64,000 bases of DNA, taken from positions 10,956-74,955 of the forward strand of contig JAOAEQ010000004.1 of assembly GCA_026416715.1 (NCBI GenBank), in the 5' to 3' direction. Shown one piece after another: positions 29,660 to 39,412 of the stretch. The translations under genes and the position numbers were made by a program. The stretch's first letter is position 1. Each line of letters opens with the position of its first letter. Source of the stretch: a bacterium. GTDB lineage: Bacteria; UBP4; UBA4092; JAOAEQ01. The notes under the pieces were generated by a model. That model was given only the letters and a program-made list of their open reading frames with translations. It ran no database searches and was not told where the DNA came from.

Positions 29660-31015
29660 ATGCTATTAATCTACAATATTTTGCTTCATTTATCGTTAAT
29701 AATGTTGCTTCCGTTTTATCTGGTTAAAGCGAAACGAACTGGGGTAGATATTCGATATTGGTTTGGATTTATCCCGCCAGAATTACATACTGGTTCTAAT
29801 GTAAGAAAAACCATTTGGATCCACGCAGTTTCAGTAGGGGAAGTAAACGCGGTAAAACCGCTCATAAAAAAAATTCGAGAATCAAATCCTAGTCTACGGA
29901 TTATCCTTTCCACGGTTACCGGAACCGGGCAAACAGTCGCTCGGCAGTCAGTTCCGGAAGTAGACCAGTTTATCTTTTTCCCATCCGATTTAATCTGGAA
30001 TCTCCGTCGGTTATTTAAGTATATTAACCCGCAGTTGCTGATTTTAGTTGAAACAGAACTCTGGCCTAATCTGATTTCATTATGTGCAAGTCGTTCGATT
30101 CCGATTATGCTTATTAATGGCCGGATTTCGCCCCGTTCATTTATGCGATATAAAAAAGTGCGCTGGTTTTTCCAGCCATTGCTGAATAAAATGACTTTAT
30201 TCTTGATGCAATCGGAAACGGAAGTAGACCGAATCCGAACCATCGGCGCACCGCACCATAAAATCAAAATTACCGGCAATATCAAGTTCGATATTTCCAT
30301 CCCAGAATTAACCGATTTGGAAAAACAGCGATATCGTGCTATGTTCGGATTTGAACCAAGCCAACCTGTCTGGTTAGTCGGGAGTACCCATCCAGGCGAA
30401 GAAAAACTTATTCTTCAGGTATATAAAGCTATCCGTGCAACACAACCTGAATTAAGATTGATTCTGGTTCCGCGCCATCCGCATCGGGCTGAGGAGGTAG
30501 GTAAAGAAATCGAATTGCTAGGACTACCCTATGTTCGCAGAAGTCAATTACCTCCTGAATGCGCTACCGACCGAGTAAACAAAGCATTCACAAAAGCTCT
30601 ATCACCTATACTATCAAACCCTGATTCTCCGGTTCGGGTTAAGAACTCACATTCGATTATTTTAGTTGATACCGTCGGTGAATTAACGAAGTTATATGCG
30701 TTAGCCGATGTCGTTTTTATTGGCGGAAGTTTGGTACCTATTGGCGGACATAATGTTCTGGAACCGGCGACCCTTGGAAAACCGATTTTATTTGGACCGT
30801 ATATGCATAATTTTGAGTTTTGTGCAGAATTATTATTATCTGCCGGTGGTGGAATTCAAGTTAACAATATTCAAGACTTAGAATCACAACTGTCAGCATT
30901 ACTCGAACAACCGGAACTACGACGTCAATTAGGAGAAAAAGCGCGTTCGGCAGTAATTGCAAACCAAGGTGCAACCGAAAGAACATTTGAAGAAATCAAA
31001 AAATACTTGAATTGA
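29660..31015 (+). CDS. waaA: 3-deoxy-D-manno-octulosonic acid (Kdo) transferase (GT30)
   Basis: …IWIHAVSVGEVNAVKPLI… N-domain and …GGSLVPIGGHNVLEPA… C-domain. Confidence 0.85.
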   Translation: MLLIYNILLHLSLIMLLPFYLVKAKRTGVDIRYWFGFIPPELHTGSNVRKTIWIHAVSVGEVNAVKPLIKKIRESNPSLRIILSTVTGTGQTVARQSVPEVDQFIFFPSDLIWNLRRLFKYINPQLLILVETELWPNLISLCASRSIPIMLINGRISPRSFMRYKKVRWFFQPLLNKMTLFLMQSETEVDRIRTIGAPHHKIKITGNIKFDISIPELTDLEKQRYRAMFGFEPSQPVWLVGSTHPGEEKLILQVYKAIRATQPELRLILVPRHPHRAEEVGKEIELLGLPYVRRSQLPPECATDRVNKAFTKALSPILSNPDSPVRVKNSHSIILVDTVGELTKLYALADVVFIGGSLVPIGGHNVLEPATLGKPILFGPYMHNFEFCAELLLSAGGGIQVNNIQDLESQLSALLEQPELRRQLGEKARSAVIANQGATERTFEEIKKYLN

Positions 31016-31268
31016 TCTATACATGCTATGCTAGTAAAAGTAACAGCTTATTCGATCGATTTTCCATGATACCCATGCGTTCGATACATCACTTGGTGAA
31101 CGTTGATACAGCAATTGCCTATACCTACAATCGGATAATCCTGTATCGCATACTGGGTTTATGGTAAAATATTAAAAACAATATACGCCATAGATATATG
31201 AAAAATTAAGTGGCGATAGCAATCATCGGAGATTTAATGGTTAGGCGAGATGAACTCGCCTTTATGTT

Positions 31269-32624
31269 ATGATATTACCAATACTAATTTTTTTCGCAAT
31301 CGCAATTATTTTCCACGAGCTAGGTCATTTCCTAGCGTGCAAACTGTTTGGGATTCGGGTAGAAGTATTTTCGATTGGGTTCCCTCCGAAACTGGTCAGT
31401 AAAAAAATCGGCAATACGGAATATGCGATTTCCTTAATTCCACTCGGCGGATATGTTAAAATCGCTGGACAAGATCCAACCCAAGAGATTACGGGGGCAC
31501 CGGATGAGTTTGTCTCACATCCACTCTGGCATCGAGCGCTGGTGGTTGTCGCAGGACCGGTATTCAACATTTTAGTTGCGCTTATTCTGATGTATATGCT
31601 ATTCATAATCGGGACAGAAGTGAATACGTTCTCGAATACTATCGGAATCGTTACCCCGAATTCACTTGCTGACCGCGCAGGATTAAAGCCGGGAGATAAA
31701 ATCATTGCTATTGATGGGCAAAAAGTCAAATATTGGGACGATATATATACACTTTATGGCAAAACATCTGAGGTCGTTCCAGCAGAAACAGGAACGAAGT
31801 CAGAAGTTCGATTAACTGTTGATCGAGCAGGGGATAAACTCGAATTCATCTTACCGAGATTGAGCATAAAGACAGCCCAGCTTGATCTTGAAACCGACTA
31901 TGGATTACGACCGTATGTGCCTGAACCGTATGTTGAAGTAGAACTTGTTGCCCCGAACTCGATTGCATACCGTGCTGGACTGCGTCAAGGAGATAAAATT
32001 CTGGCGATAAGTAATCTCGCTGGTGCGACTACCTTTCACAGTATTATTGACGGCATACATCATTCACCAGATACATTATTAATCTTAACTGTCCAGCGGA
32101 ATAATAATATTTTTCCAATCCCGGTGCGACCGGAATTAGCAACTCCGGATGCAAAATATGCTACGATCGGATTTATCATAAAACCGCCAGTAACCTATAA
32201 AATTAAACATTCACCGGTTGAATCAATACAATTAACTTTTATTTCAGCCCTGCGCATCGTTTCTTTAACTGCATCAACCGTTGCCGATGTTTTCACTGGG
32301 AAAATGCCGTTACGAAAAGCATTCGGTGGACCGCAATCTATTGCTATTGTTGCGCAACAGCAGGCGAACCTCGGGATAACTCAGTATCTGTTTCTGGTAG
32401 CACTACTCAGTTTCCAGCTTGGTATCATTAATCTATTTCCTTTTCCAGTACTTGACGGGGGACATCTGCTTTTATATACGATCGAAAAAATTCGGAAAAA
32501 ACCGTTTTCAGTTAAAACGCTGGAAAATATCTCTAGATTTGGGGTGGCGGTGTTAGTTTCGCTAATGTTGTATTTTATCATTAATGACCTGATTATGTCA
32601 GGAACCCTAACTAAATTCTTTTAA
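31269..32624 (+). CDS. rseP: RIP zinc metalloprotease RseP (site-2 protease) with two PDZ domains
   Basis: HELGHF zinc motif in TM1, PDZ-like repeats, and a C-terminal …FPFPVLDGGHLL… LDG motif. Confidence 0.85.
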   Translation: MILPILIFFAIAIIFHELGHFLACKLFGIRVEVFSIGFPPKLVSKKIGNTEYAISLIPLGGYVKIAGQDPTQEITGAPDEFVSHPLWHRALVVVAGPVFNILVALILMYMLFIIGTEVNTFSNTIGIVTPNSLADRAGLKPGDKIIAIDGQKVKYWDDIYTLYGKTSEVVPAETGTKSEVRLTVDRAGDKLEFILPRLSIKTAQLDLETDYGLRPYVPEPYVEVELVAPNSIAYRAGLRQGDKILAISNLAGATTFHSIIDGIHHSPDTLLILTVQRNNNIFPIPVRPELATPDAKYATIGFIIKPPVTYKIKHSPVESIQLTFISALRIVSLTASTVADVFTGKMPLRKAFGGPQSIAIVAQQQANLGITQYLFLVALLSFQLGIINLFPFPVLDGGHLLLYTIEKIRKKPFSVKTLENISRFGVAVLVSLMLYFIINDLIMSGTLTKFF

Positions 32625-32683
32625 ACCAAAGTTTGGTTTAATGTAACCTAGTTAACGTATCTACCTTATCAAACTAGTATAAT

Positions 32684-34408
32684 ATGCGCTGGAGTAAAAC
32701 TTTTATTCCAACATTACGAGAAAATCCGGCAGAAGCAGAAACCGTTTCGCATCAGTTGATGCTGCGCGCAGGACTAATGCGGAAACTTGCGTCTGGTCTC
32801 TATACCTATCTTCCGCTCGGTTGGCGGTTTATCCGAAAAGTTGAACAAATTATCCGAGAAGAGATGGATCGCGCGGGTGCAATCGAAGTAATGATGCCAA
32901 TGCTGCATCCTTTGGAGTTATGGGAACATAGTGGTCGTGCCAAAGTGATGGGTCCCGAAATGATGCGGCTGCATGACCGGAACGCACGCGGGTTTGTTCT
33001 CGGTCCGACCCATGAAGAGATTATTACCGCATTAGCTGCTGGTGAAATTCGGTCGTATAAACAATTACCAATTAACTTCTATCAGATAGCAAATAAATTC
33101 CGAGATGAAATTCGCCCTCGGTTCGGAGTGATGCGCGCGCGTGAGTTTATTATGAAAGATGCATATAGTTTCGATGCCGATGATACCGGCGCTAATAAAA
33201 GTTACCAGATGATGTTTGACGCTTATAAGCGGATTTTTAACCGATGTGGACTAACTACCGTTGCCGTTGAAGCTGATACTGGCGCGATGGGCGGCAGTTT
33301 TTCCCATGAATTTATGGTTCCTGCAGAAATCGGCGAAGATCGAATGGCAGTATGTTCTCAATGCGGATATGCAGCGAATCTCGAAAAAGCCGAATCCGCA
33401 CTTATGGAAAATGAATGGGATACACATCTGTTTGATATAGCGAAAAAAACAACGTATCAGGAAGTTGATACGCCGAATATGCGGTCGATAGAAGACGTAT
33501 CGAGATTCTTGAATGTGCAGCCGAAACAACTGGTTAAAACGCTCATTTATTTAGCGGATACGCAGGTTATCGCTGCATTAATTCGTGGCGACCACCAAAT
33601 TAATGAATCGAAACTGAAAAAAGCGGTCGGTTGCGAGACCCTGACCTTAGCTACACCAGAAACAATCGAATCAGTTACGCAAGCGCCGGTCGGGTTCGCT
33701 GGACCGGTCGGACTAACAGCGGTTCCCATTATTGCCGACCCGGCAGTTATGGCAATGCCGTCTATGATTACTGGCGGAAATAAAATCGATACCCATTTGC
33801 TTAATGTTATTCCGAACCGAGATTTTAAACCGGCGAAAATTGCGGATATCCGAGTTGTAACCCAGGGCGATCGATGCGTGAACTGCCAAGGAACCCTAAC
33901 CGTGTCTTATGGTATAGAAGTTGGTCATTGTTTCAAACTAGGTACGAAATATAGCGAAGCGTTTCATGCAACATATCTAGATGCTGAAGGAAAAGAAAAC
34001 CTACTAATTATGGGCTGTTATGGAATTGGGGTAACCCGTACCGCAGCAGCAATTATCGAATGTAATAACGATAAAGATGGAATTATTTTTCCGTGGTCAG
34101 TTGCGCCATATCAGATATATCTGATGGCAGTTAATCCTAGCAATTCAGAGTTAGTTCAGCTTGCAGAAAAATTTTATATCGTCTTGCGCGATGCCGGATT
34201 TGAAGTCATCTACGACGACCGAAATGAGCGGCCAGGAGTTAAATTTAAAGATGCTGATTTGCTCGGATTCCCGATTCGTGTTATAATAGGAGATAAGAAT
34301 ATTAAGCAGGGTTTAATTGAAGTTACTGAACGGAGAACCAAGCAAACTCGATTGGTTCAAAAAAACCCAGAAACTTTGATATCTGCTATAAAACAATATG
34401 GAGTTTAA
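32684..34408 (+). CDS. proS: Proline--tRNA ligase (bacterial type, with editing domain)
   Basis: 574 aa. MRWSKTFIPTLRENPAEAE…SHQLMLRAG… canonical ProS N-terminus and class II aaRS motifs. Confidence 0.9.
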   Translation: MRWSKTFIPTLRENPAEAETVSHQLMLRAGLMRKLASGLYTYLPLGWRFIRKVEQIIREEMDRAGAIEVMMPMLHPLELWEHSGRAKVMGPEMMRLHDRNARGFVLGPTHEEIITALAAGEIRSYKQLPINFYQIANKFRDEIRPRFGVMRAREFIMKDAYSFDADDTGANKSYQMMFDAYKRIFNRCGLTTVAVEADTGAMGGSFSHEFMVPAEIGEDRMAVCSQCGYAANLEKAESALMENEWDTHLFDIAKKTTYQEVDTPNMRSIEDVSRFLNVQPKQLVKTLIYLADTQVIAALIRGDHQINESKLKKAVGCETLTLATPETIESVTQAPVGFAGPVGLTAVPIIADPAVMAMPSMITGGNKIDTHLLNVIPNRDFKPAKIADIRVVTQGDRCVNCQGTLTVSYGIEVGHCFKLGTKYSEAFHATYLDAEGKENLLIMGCYGIGVTRTAAAIIECNNDKDGIIFPWSVAPYQIYLMAVNPSNSELVQLAEKFYIVLRDAGFEVIYDDRNERPGVKFKDADLLGFPIRVIIGDKNIKQGLIEVTERRTKQTRLVQKNPETLISAIKQYGV

Positions 34409-34409
34409 T

Positions 34410-34847
34410 ATGGAAACTACACCGAAAACTAAAAAGACAATTTTAGTTGCTGATGATGCTCCGGATATTTTGGTAGTACTGCAGAAAATGTTGGAAGCTG
34501 AAGGATTTGAAGTTATCACCGCAACGAATGGAAAAGAAGCGTATCAGAAAGCGATTGAATTGAAACCAGACCTGATTATTTCCGATATTTTGATGCCGTT
34601 AATGAACGGATTTAAACTCTGCGATGAATTGAAAAATAATCCACAGTATGGCCATATTCCCATAATTCTCATGACCGCTGTATATCGTCAGCCGGATCAT
34701 ATTGAGATGGGGTTTAAATATGGCGCAGATGCTTATATTGCTAAACCGTTTAAACCGGAACAGCTCCTTGAACTAACTAAACAACTTTTAGCAAAACCAA
34801 TCACTGCTCCGGTTCAGCCCCGACCTAGCATACTCATTCGCCCGTAA
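34410..34847 (+). CDS. Stand-alone response-regulator receiver (CheY-like) protein
   Basis: ILVADDAPD…DLIISDILMP…ILMTA…K motif set (D-D-K pocket). Start taken at the ATG 1 nt after the proS TAA, with GGAG 7 nt upstream. Confidence 0.75.
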   Translation: METTPKTKKTILVADDAPDILVVLQKMLEAEGFEVITATNGKEAYQKAIELKPDLIISDILMPLMNGFKLCDELKNNPQYGHIPIILMTAVYRQPDHIEMGFKYGADAYIAKPFKPEQLLELTKQLLAKPITAPVQPRPSILIRP

Positions 34848-35002
34848 CCAGATGGTACAATACTGAAAATCGGAAAATGGTATTGGAATAAATTGAGGTA
34901 TCTTCCACACGATGTTTCTCCAGTATCTTTACACGATACATACTTTGGTTTACTTAATGCATTAACTTATAGAACCTATTGGCATAAGTTCTGAATAAAG
35001 CT

Positions 35003-35374
35003 ATGTCAACGAAACCGACTAAAAGAATCAAGGTTATTCCCAACCCATACCCGCAACGGAATTATGTAATTGAAATTACCAGTCCAGAATTCACTTGTTT
35101 ATGTCCGATAACAGGCCAGCCGGATTTCGCAACGTTTAAAATCGAGTATATTCCGGATAAGAAAATCATTGAGTTGAAAGGATTGAAGTTGTATCTCTGG
35201 TCATATCGGAATGAAGGGCATTTCCATGAAGGGGTAACCAATAAGATACTCGATGATTTGGTTAGAGCAGCGCACCCGCGTTGGATGCGGATCATCGGAA
35301 CATTCAATGTCCGTGGTGGAATCTATACCACGGTAACCGCTGAACATGGTATCAAACCGGAAAAGAAACAATAA
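35003..35374 (+). CDS. queF: NADPH-dependent 7-cyano-7-deazaguanine (preQ0) reductase, type I
   Basis: 123 aa. …[15 protein letters not shown]… with the catalytic Cys and QueF motif. Confidence 0.85.
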   Translation: MSTKPTKRIKVIPNPYPQRNYVIEITSPEFTCLCPITGQPDFATFKIEYIPDKKIIELKGLKLYLWSYRNEGHFHEGVTNKILDDLVRAAHPRWMRIIGTFNVRGGIYTTVTAEHGIKPEKKQ

Positions 35375-35387
35375 AGGATGATTGGTC

Positions 35388-35497
35388 AATTCCAAACTCC
35401 GACATTCCGAATTTCAAACAAGACTTATCATCGCTGGGCGGTTTAGTTTTGAAATTGAGCATTTACTTGGAATTTGGAGTTTGGAATTTCATTTTTT
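35388..35497 (+). terminator. Long nested stem-loop followed by a T-run: outer 13-bp perfect arms AATTCCAAACTCC / GGAGTTTGGAATT, inner arms GAATTTCAAAC / GTTTTGAAATT. Probable queF terminator or attenuator.
   Basis: Inverted repeats read from the sequence. TCATTTTTT follows directly and abuts the next gene's start region. Confidence 0.5.
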
Positions 35498-35509
35498 ATG
35501 AACAGGGAT

Positions 35510-36550
35510 ATGACGAAAGTTAAAATTGGGATTATCGGATGCGGTACGGTTGCTGGATATGGACATTTACCGACCACCGCAAACCATCCGGATTGCGAGC
35601 TATATGCTATCGCAGAAATAGATAAGAAACGGTTGCAAGAAGTAGGCGATTTATATGCAATTCCACAAGAACGACGGTTCTCAGAGTATCAGCGATTATT
35701 AGCCCTACCGGAAGTTGAAGTGGTAACTGTTTCAACCCGGGTTGAACAGCATAAGCCGGTGGTGCTCGATGCAGTAAAAGCGAAAAAGAACATTTTCTGC
35801 GAGAAACCGATTGCGCCAACTATCGAAGAAGGATGGGAAATGGTTCAGGCAGCGAAACAATCAGATGTATTACTTCTTATCAACCTCCATAATCGGGTGA
35901 AAAGTTCTGTCAAGCTGATCCTTGATTATCTGAGAAAAAATCAAATCGGGAAATTACATACGATCAGAACGATTCACCTATGGTCTGGTGCTGATAATAC
36001 CCCGCGTGCTGATGGTCGGTCACGTCGGGATTTGTTGAGTGAAGAAGGTGGCGGACCGATTGTCGATTGCGGAGTTCATTTTTTTGATCTTGCCCGATTG
36101 TTTGCCCAAAGTGATTATAAACAGATTTCTGCTATCGGACAATGGGTAGAAAAGAAATATAGCAATCCTGGACATGTTATCGCTTCCTGTATTTTCGAAA
36201 ATGGCGTAATGTATATCAACGAGCAGAGTTGGTTGTATACTAATACTGCAGCGAGTAAAAATGTCGTTCATCGGGTTGAATTGCTTGGTACCGAGGGATT
36301 AATTTCTGCATTCTGGGATTGGGACCCGAAACAGCAGAAATGTTTCGGCGAAAAAGTCCAATTGTTTAATGCAGAAGGTTTTACCGAAACGGTACACGAT
36401 TTTGGGAAACCGTTTGCTGAGATGTATCATCGATTAGCGAAAATAATCCGAACCGGCATAAAAGACCCTGACCTTGCTTATGGCGAAGATGGGATTCGCG
36501 CGATGGAAGCAGCGTTGGCCGCATTAAACTCTACTAAGAAAAAGAGTTAG
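35510..36550 (+). CDS. Gfo/Idh/MocA-family oxidoreductase
   Basis: KIGIIGCGTVAGYGHLP… Rossmann motif and …FCEKP…. Start at MTKVK with AGGGA upstream. The track ORF starts 12 codons earlier at 35474. Confidence 0.7.
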   Translation: MTKVKIGIIGCGTVAGYGHLPTTANHPDCELYAIAEIDKKRLQEVGDLYAIPQERRFSEYQRLLALPEVEVVTVSTRVEQHKPVVLDAVKAKKNIFCEKPIAPTIEEGWEMVQAAKQSDVLLLINLHNRVKSSVKLILDYLRKNQIGKLHTIRTIHLWSGADNTPRADGRSRRDLLSEEGGGPIVDCGVHFFDLARLFAQSDYKQISAIGQWVEKKYSNPGHVIASCIFENGVMYINEQSWLYTNTAASKNVVHRVELLGTEGLISAFWDWDPKQQKCFGEKVQLFNAEGFTETVHDFGKPFAEMYHRLAKIIRTGIKDPDLAYGEDGIRAMEAALAALNSTKKKS

Positions 36551-36756
36551 TAAACCTAGCGATAATTCTGTTGATATTAGGTCATTTCAACCAAAATATT
36601 GTAAGCCTTCAGATTCAGTTTCGAGAACCGTTGTCATGGTTTCGTTCGAAGAACTGGAATACATTTCTTCCTGCAAAGACTTACTTGCCCTCCATGCATT
36701 CCCCAAATAGCCTTTTAAGTTAATATTGAAATAGAATCAGGAATATCGAATCTAGA

Positions 36757-36786
36757 TTGCGATAGTCCTGATTTTTAGCTTATAAT
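36757..36786 (+). promoter_or_regulatory. Sigma70-like promoter candidate (-35 TTGCGA, 18-nt spacer, -10 TATAAT)
   Basis: Hexamers read directly from the sequence, ~120 nt upstream of the cyt-b5-like gene. Confidence 0.3.
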
Positions 36787-36905
36787 GGTTTCAGAAAGAA
36801 AATACAATACGGAGATATTAAAAAACCATTCTTCTGGTTATACATTTTGTCTCAATTTTGGTTATCGTTGTCAACAATTTTTTAATTTACGAAAGGAGAT
36901 ATTTT

Positions 36906-37136
36906 ATGAAACAATTTACCCGTGCGGAATTAGCTAAGTTTGACGGAACGAACGGTCAACCTTGTTACATTGCGTATCAAGGGAAAGTCTATGATGTAAC
37001 CAACAACCCGAATTTTTCTGATGGTTCACATTATGGACACCAAACCGCAGTAGATTTAACCGCAGAGTTTGAAGAAGCTCCCCATGGGGAAGAAGTATTT
37101 GACCGTTTGCCAGTAGTAGGAGAATTAATAGAATAG
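36906..37136 (+). CDS. Cytochrome b5-like heme/steroid-binding domain protein
   Basis: [32 protein letters not shown]… canonical Cyt-b5-like start. AAAGGAGAT RBS 5 nt upstream. The track ORF begins at 36858. Confidence 0.6.
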   Translation: MKQFTRAELAKFDGTNGQPCYIAYQGKVYDVTNNPNFSDGSHYGHQTAVDLTAEFEEAPHGEEVFDRLPVVGELIE

Positions 37137-37372
37137 ATTCATTGCTACAGAAAAACCGAGCCAAACGGCAATATTCCACCTAAATTTAGTCTACCTGATG
37201 CAGATTATTATCCCAATGTATATGGGGAATATGTGCTGAATAGTTCTGCCGGGTGAATTCCGGGTTTGAGCTCAGGAGAAGATGTGTATAATCAATTTTT
37301 TGGGTGGTTAACAGAACATCCTGAATTACGTGAAGCTAAAATTTACCGATTATCAAAAATCGAGGATAACTT

Positions 37373-37501
37373 ATGAAACAATGGAAATGTTTAACTTGTG
37401 GATATATACATATTGGAGTGGAACCGCCGGATTTCTGTCCACGATGTGGGGTATCGAAAAATTTGTTTGTTGAGATGAGCGAAACGTCGATACCTAAATG
37501 A
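37373..37501 (+). CDS. Rubredoxin-like zinc-ribbon small protein (42 aa), not in the ORF track
   Basis: Translated by hand: MKQWKCLTCGYIHIGVEPPDFCPRCGVSKNLFVEMSETSIPK. CxxC…CPxCG is the rubredoxin-like domain of rubrerythrins. GAGGA lies 8 nt upstream. Its TGA overlaps the ATG of the next ORF (ATGA). Confidence 0.6.
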   Translation: MKQWKCLTCGYIHIGVEPPDFCPRCGVSKNLFVEMSETSIPK

Positions 37502-38022
37502 AGACCGAATCAGGAATAAAGGGGGATACCGGTATGCCGGAATTACCGAAAACTGTAGAACAAGCATTAGTCATGGCAATCGCTGCGGAAATAGACGCAA
37601 ACGCTACCTATTTACATTTAGCCGAGATAACCAAGAAACCGGAATCGAAAACGTTATATCAAAATCTCGCACGTGATGAACAATGGCATAAAGAAACGCT
37701 TGAAGAACGATATCGGGTTCTATTCGGCGATAAACCAATAGAGCCAGGTTCCGCTAGCATCGAAGGGGCAGTATTACGTCGAAAAGCGCAAGAAATCCTC
37801 GATGAATTCACGATTCTCAATATTGCGATTGAAGCGGAAACAGCCGCAGTTGCATTCTATACCGGAGCGGAAAAAATCACAAATGATGCGAAAACGAAAC
37901 AGGTATTTTCGCAACTCGCTAAAGACGAAGAACGACATCGGGATTTGCTGGAAAAAGAGATTCAGGGTAGGCAAGGGAAACCGACTGATGAAATGGAACT
38001 CGATAACTGGGTACGGGAGTAA
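37498..38022 (+). CDS. Rubrerythrin-like ferritin-fold diiron protein (no rubredoxin domain of its own)
   Basis: Two E…ExxH half-sites (AAEID…DEQWH and IEAET…DEERH). Confidence 0.7.
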   Translation: MKTESGIKGDTGMPELPKTVEQALVMAIAAEIDANATYLHLAEITKKPESKTLYQNLARDEQWHKETLEERYRVLFGDKPIEPGSASIEGAVLRRKAQEILDEFTILNIAIEAETAAVAFYTGAEKITNDAKTKQVFSQLAKDEERHRDLLEKEIQGRQGKPTDEMELDNWVRE

Positions 38023-38128
38023 TACCGCAAATCTCTAATTCAAATCTCAAATAAGTTTTTACATCATACAATCAACGTATTGATTGATTTTGATTTTTGA
38101 ATTTGGAATTTTTCCAAACGAGGATAAT

Positions 38129-39163
38129 ATGCATCATATTATCATTGGTGATGGTCCCGCTGGCGAAAAAGCAGCTGAAATTATTCGGCGAGAACAACCG
38201 AATGATGCGATTACCCTTATTACAGAGGAACCGTATCCATTCTATTTACGACCTGGGTTAATGAATTATCTCGCTGGCGAATTTAACGACCATCCGTTTT
38301 GTGTGAAAGAGATAGCAAGGTATCGAGAACGGAATATTGACCTACGCCTGAATACTCGTGTAACCAGAATTAATCCCGAGTCACAGGAAGTCAGCGTGGT
38401 GAGTAGTCACGATGCGAGAGCGGAACAACAGTTGCATTATGACCGACTGCTTATTGCCGCTGGTGCAAGTTATTTTATCCCACCGCAATTGATACCGGTT
38501 CAACAGTATCTGCAGATGGTATATACGTTAGATGATGCGAATCGGTTACTTGCAGCGAGTAAAACTGCGAAGTCTGCAATTGTTATGGGCGGGAGTCTAT
38601 TGGGAGTAGAATTAGTTCGTGCGTTATATCAGCTTGGTCTACAAGTAATCTATCTGACGCGAAAAGAAACATTCTGGCCAAGGACTCTGTTTCATACGCA
38701 AGCAGAACAGGTTGCGGCACTCCTTCGCCAGCATGGAATCGAACTTATCTTTGGAGAAGATATCCGCGAATTACTTATTCAATCAGATAAAGTTATCGGA
38801 ATAATCACTACAAAACGGCGGGAATTACCCTGCGATTTAGTTGGTATAGCTACTGATTTAGTTCCGAACGTTGGTTTCTTAAAAAATAGCGGGCTGAAGA
38901 TATTTCGGGGTGTTGTGGTTGACCCGCACATGCGCACGAATATTCCCAACGTTTATGCAGCCGGTGATATTGCGCAAGTGTACTATACAAAAACACGGAT
39001 GCATCAGGTGCATTATAGTTGGATAAACGCTACTGAAGAAGGCGAAATTGCCGGGTGGAACATGGCAGGAATCTCGAGAACCATTCGTGAAGAATATGCT
39101 AATGATGAATTCGAAATGTATGGGATGAACATTTTTTCTCGGTGGACCCATGCGAAACAATAA
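38129..39163 (+). CDS. FAD/NAD(P)H-dependent pyridine-nucleotide disulfide-family oxidoreductase (NADH:rubredoxin oxidoreductase-like)
   Basis: HIIIGDGPAGEKAAE… FAD motif, a second dinucleotide motif (IVMGGSLLGVE), and AAGDIA. Start at MHH with GAGGA upstream. The track ORF begins at 38084. Confidence 0.7.
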   Translation: MHHIIIGDGPAGEKAAEIIRREQPNDAITLITEEPYPFYLRPGLMNYLAGEFNDHPFCVKEIARYRERNIDLRLNTRVTRINPESQEVSVVSSHDARAEQQLHYDRLLIAAGASYFIPPQLIPVQQYLQMVYTLDDANRLLAASKTAKSAIVMGGSLLGVELVRALYQLGLQVIYLTRKETFWPRTLFHTQAEQVAALLRQHGIELIFGEDIRELLIQSDKVIGIITTKRRELPCDLVGIATDLVPNVGFLKNSGLKIFRGVVVDPHMRTNIPNVYAAGDIAQVYYTKTRMHQVHYSWINATEEGEIAGWNMAGISRTIREEYANDEFEMYGMNIFSRWTHAKQ

Positions 39164-39221
39164 GTGTAAATGATGAACCTAGCTTGCTCAATTAGTTTCG
39201 GTATGGTTTCGGGTTCAAGAT

Positions 39222-39248
39222 GAGGATAATCTTATCCTTATTTTTTCT
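39222..39248 (+). terminator. Intrinsic terminator (AGGATAA-TC-TTATCCT followed by TATTTTTTCT)
   Basis: Hairpin plus T-run, 60 nt after the oxidoreductase stop. Confidence 0.65.
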
Positions 39249-39330
39249 ACCACAACAATAGAATTATTTCTGATCTCTCTTTTTCTTACGCCGCATGCTG
39301 CAATTTTTTATAAAAATTAGTCGGTTATTC

Positions 39331-39359
39331 TTGACAAAACCATACTCCCAGATTAGAAT
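39331..39359 (+). promoter_or_regulatory. Sigma70-like promoter candidate for lemA (-35 TTGACA, 17 nt, -10 TAGAAT)
   Basis: Consensus -35 with 17-nt spacing, ~55 nt upstream of the lemA ATG. An AAGGAGGG RBS precedes lemA. Confidence 0.45.
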
Positions 39360-39412
39360 TGATTTACTGAATTGTTGTCAACCAACTGATTTTTAAGGAG
39401 GGATAACCATTT

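Noticed and set aside
34950-35002. Possible preQ1 riboswitch upstream of queF
   Set aside because: A small CTTAT…ATAAG hairpin exists, but the loop and 3' tail do not match the preQ1-I consensus (UUC…UAG loop, A-rich tail with CUA). It is not supportable without a covariance-model scan.
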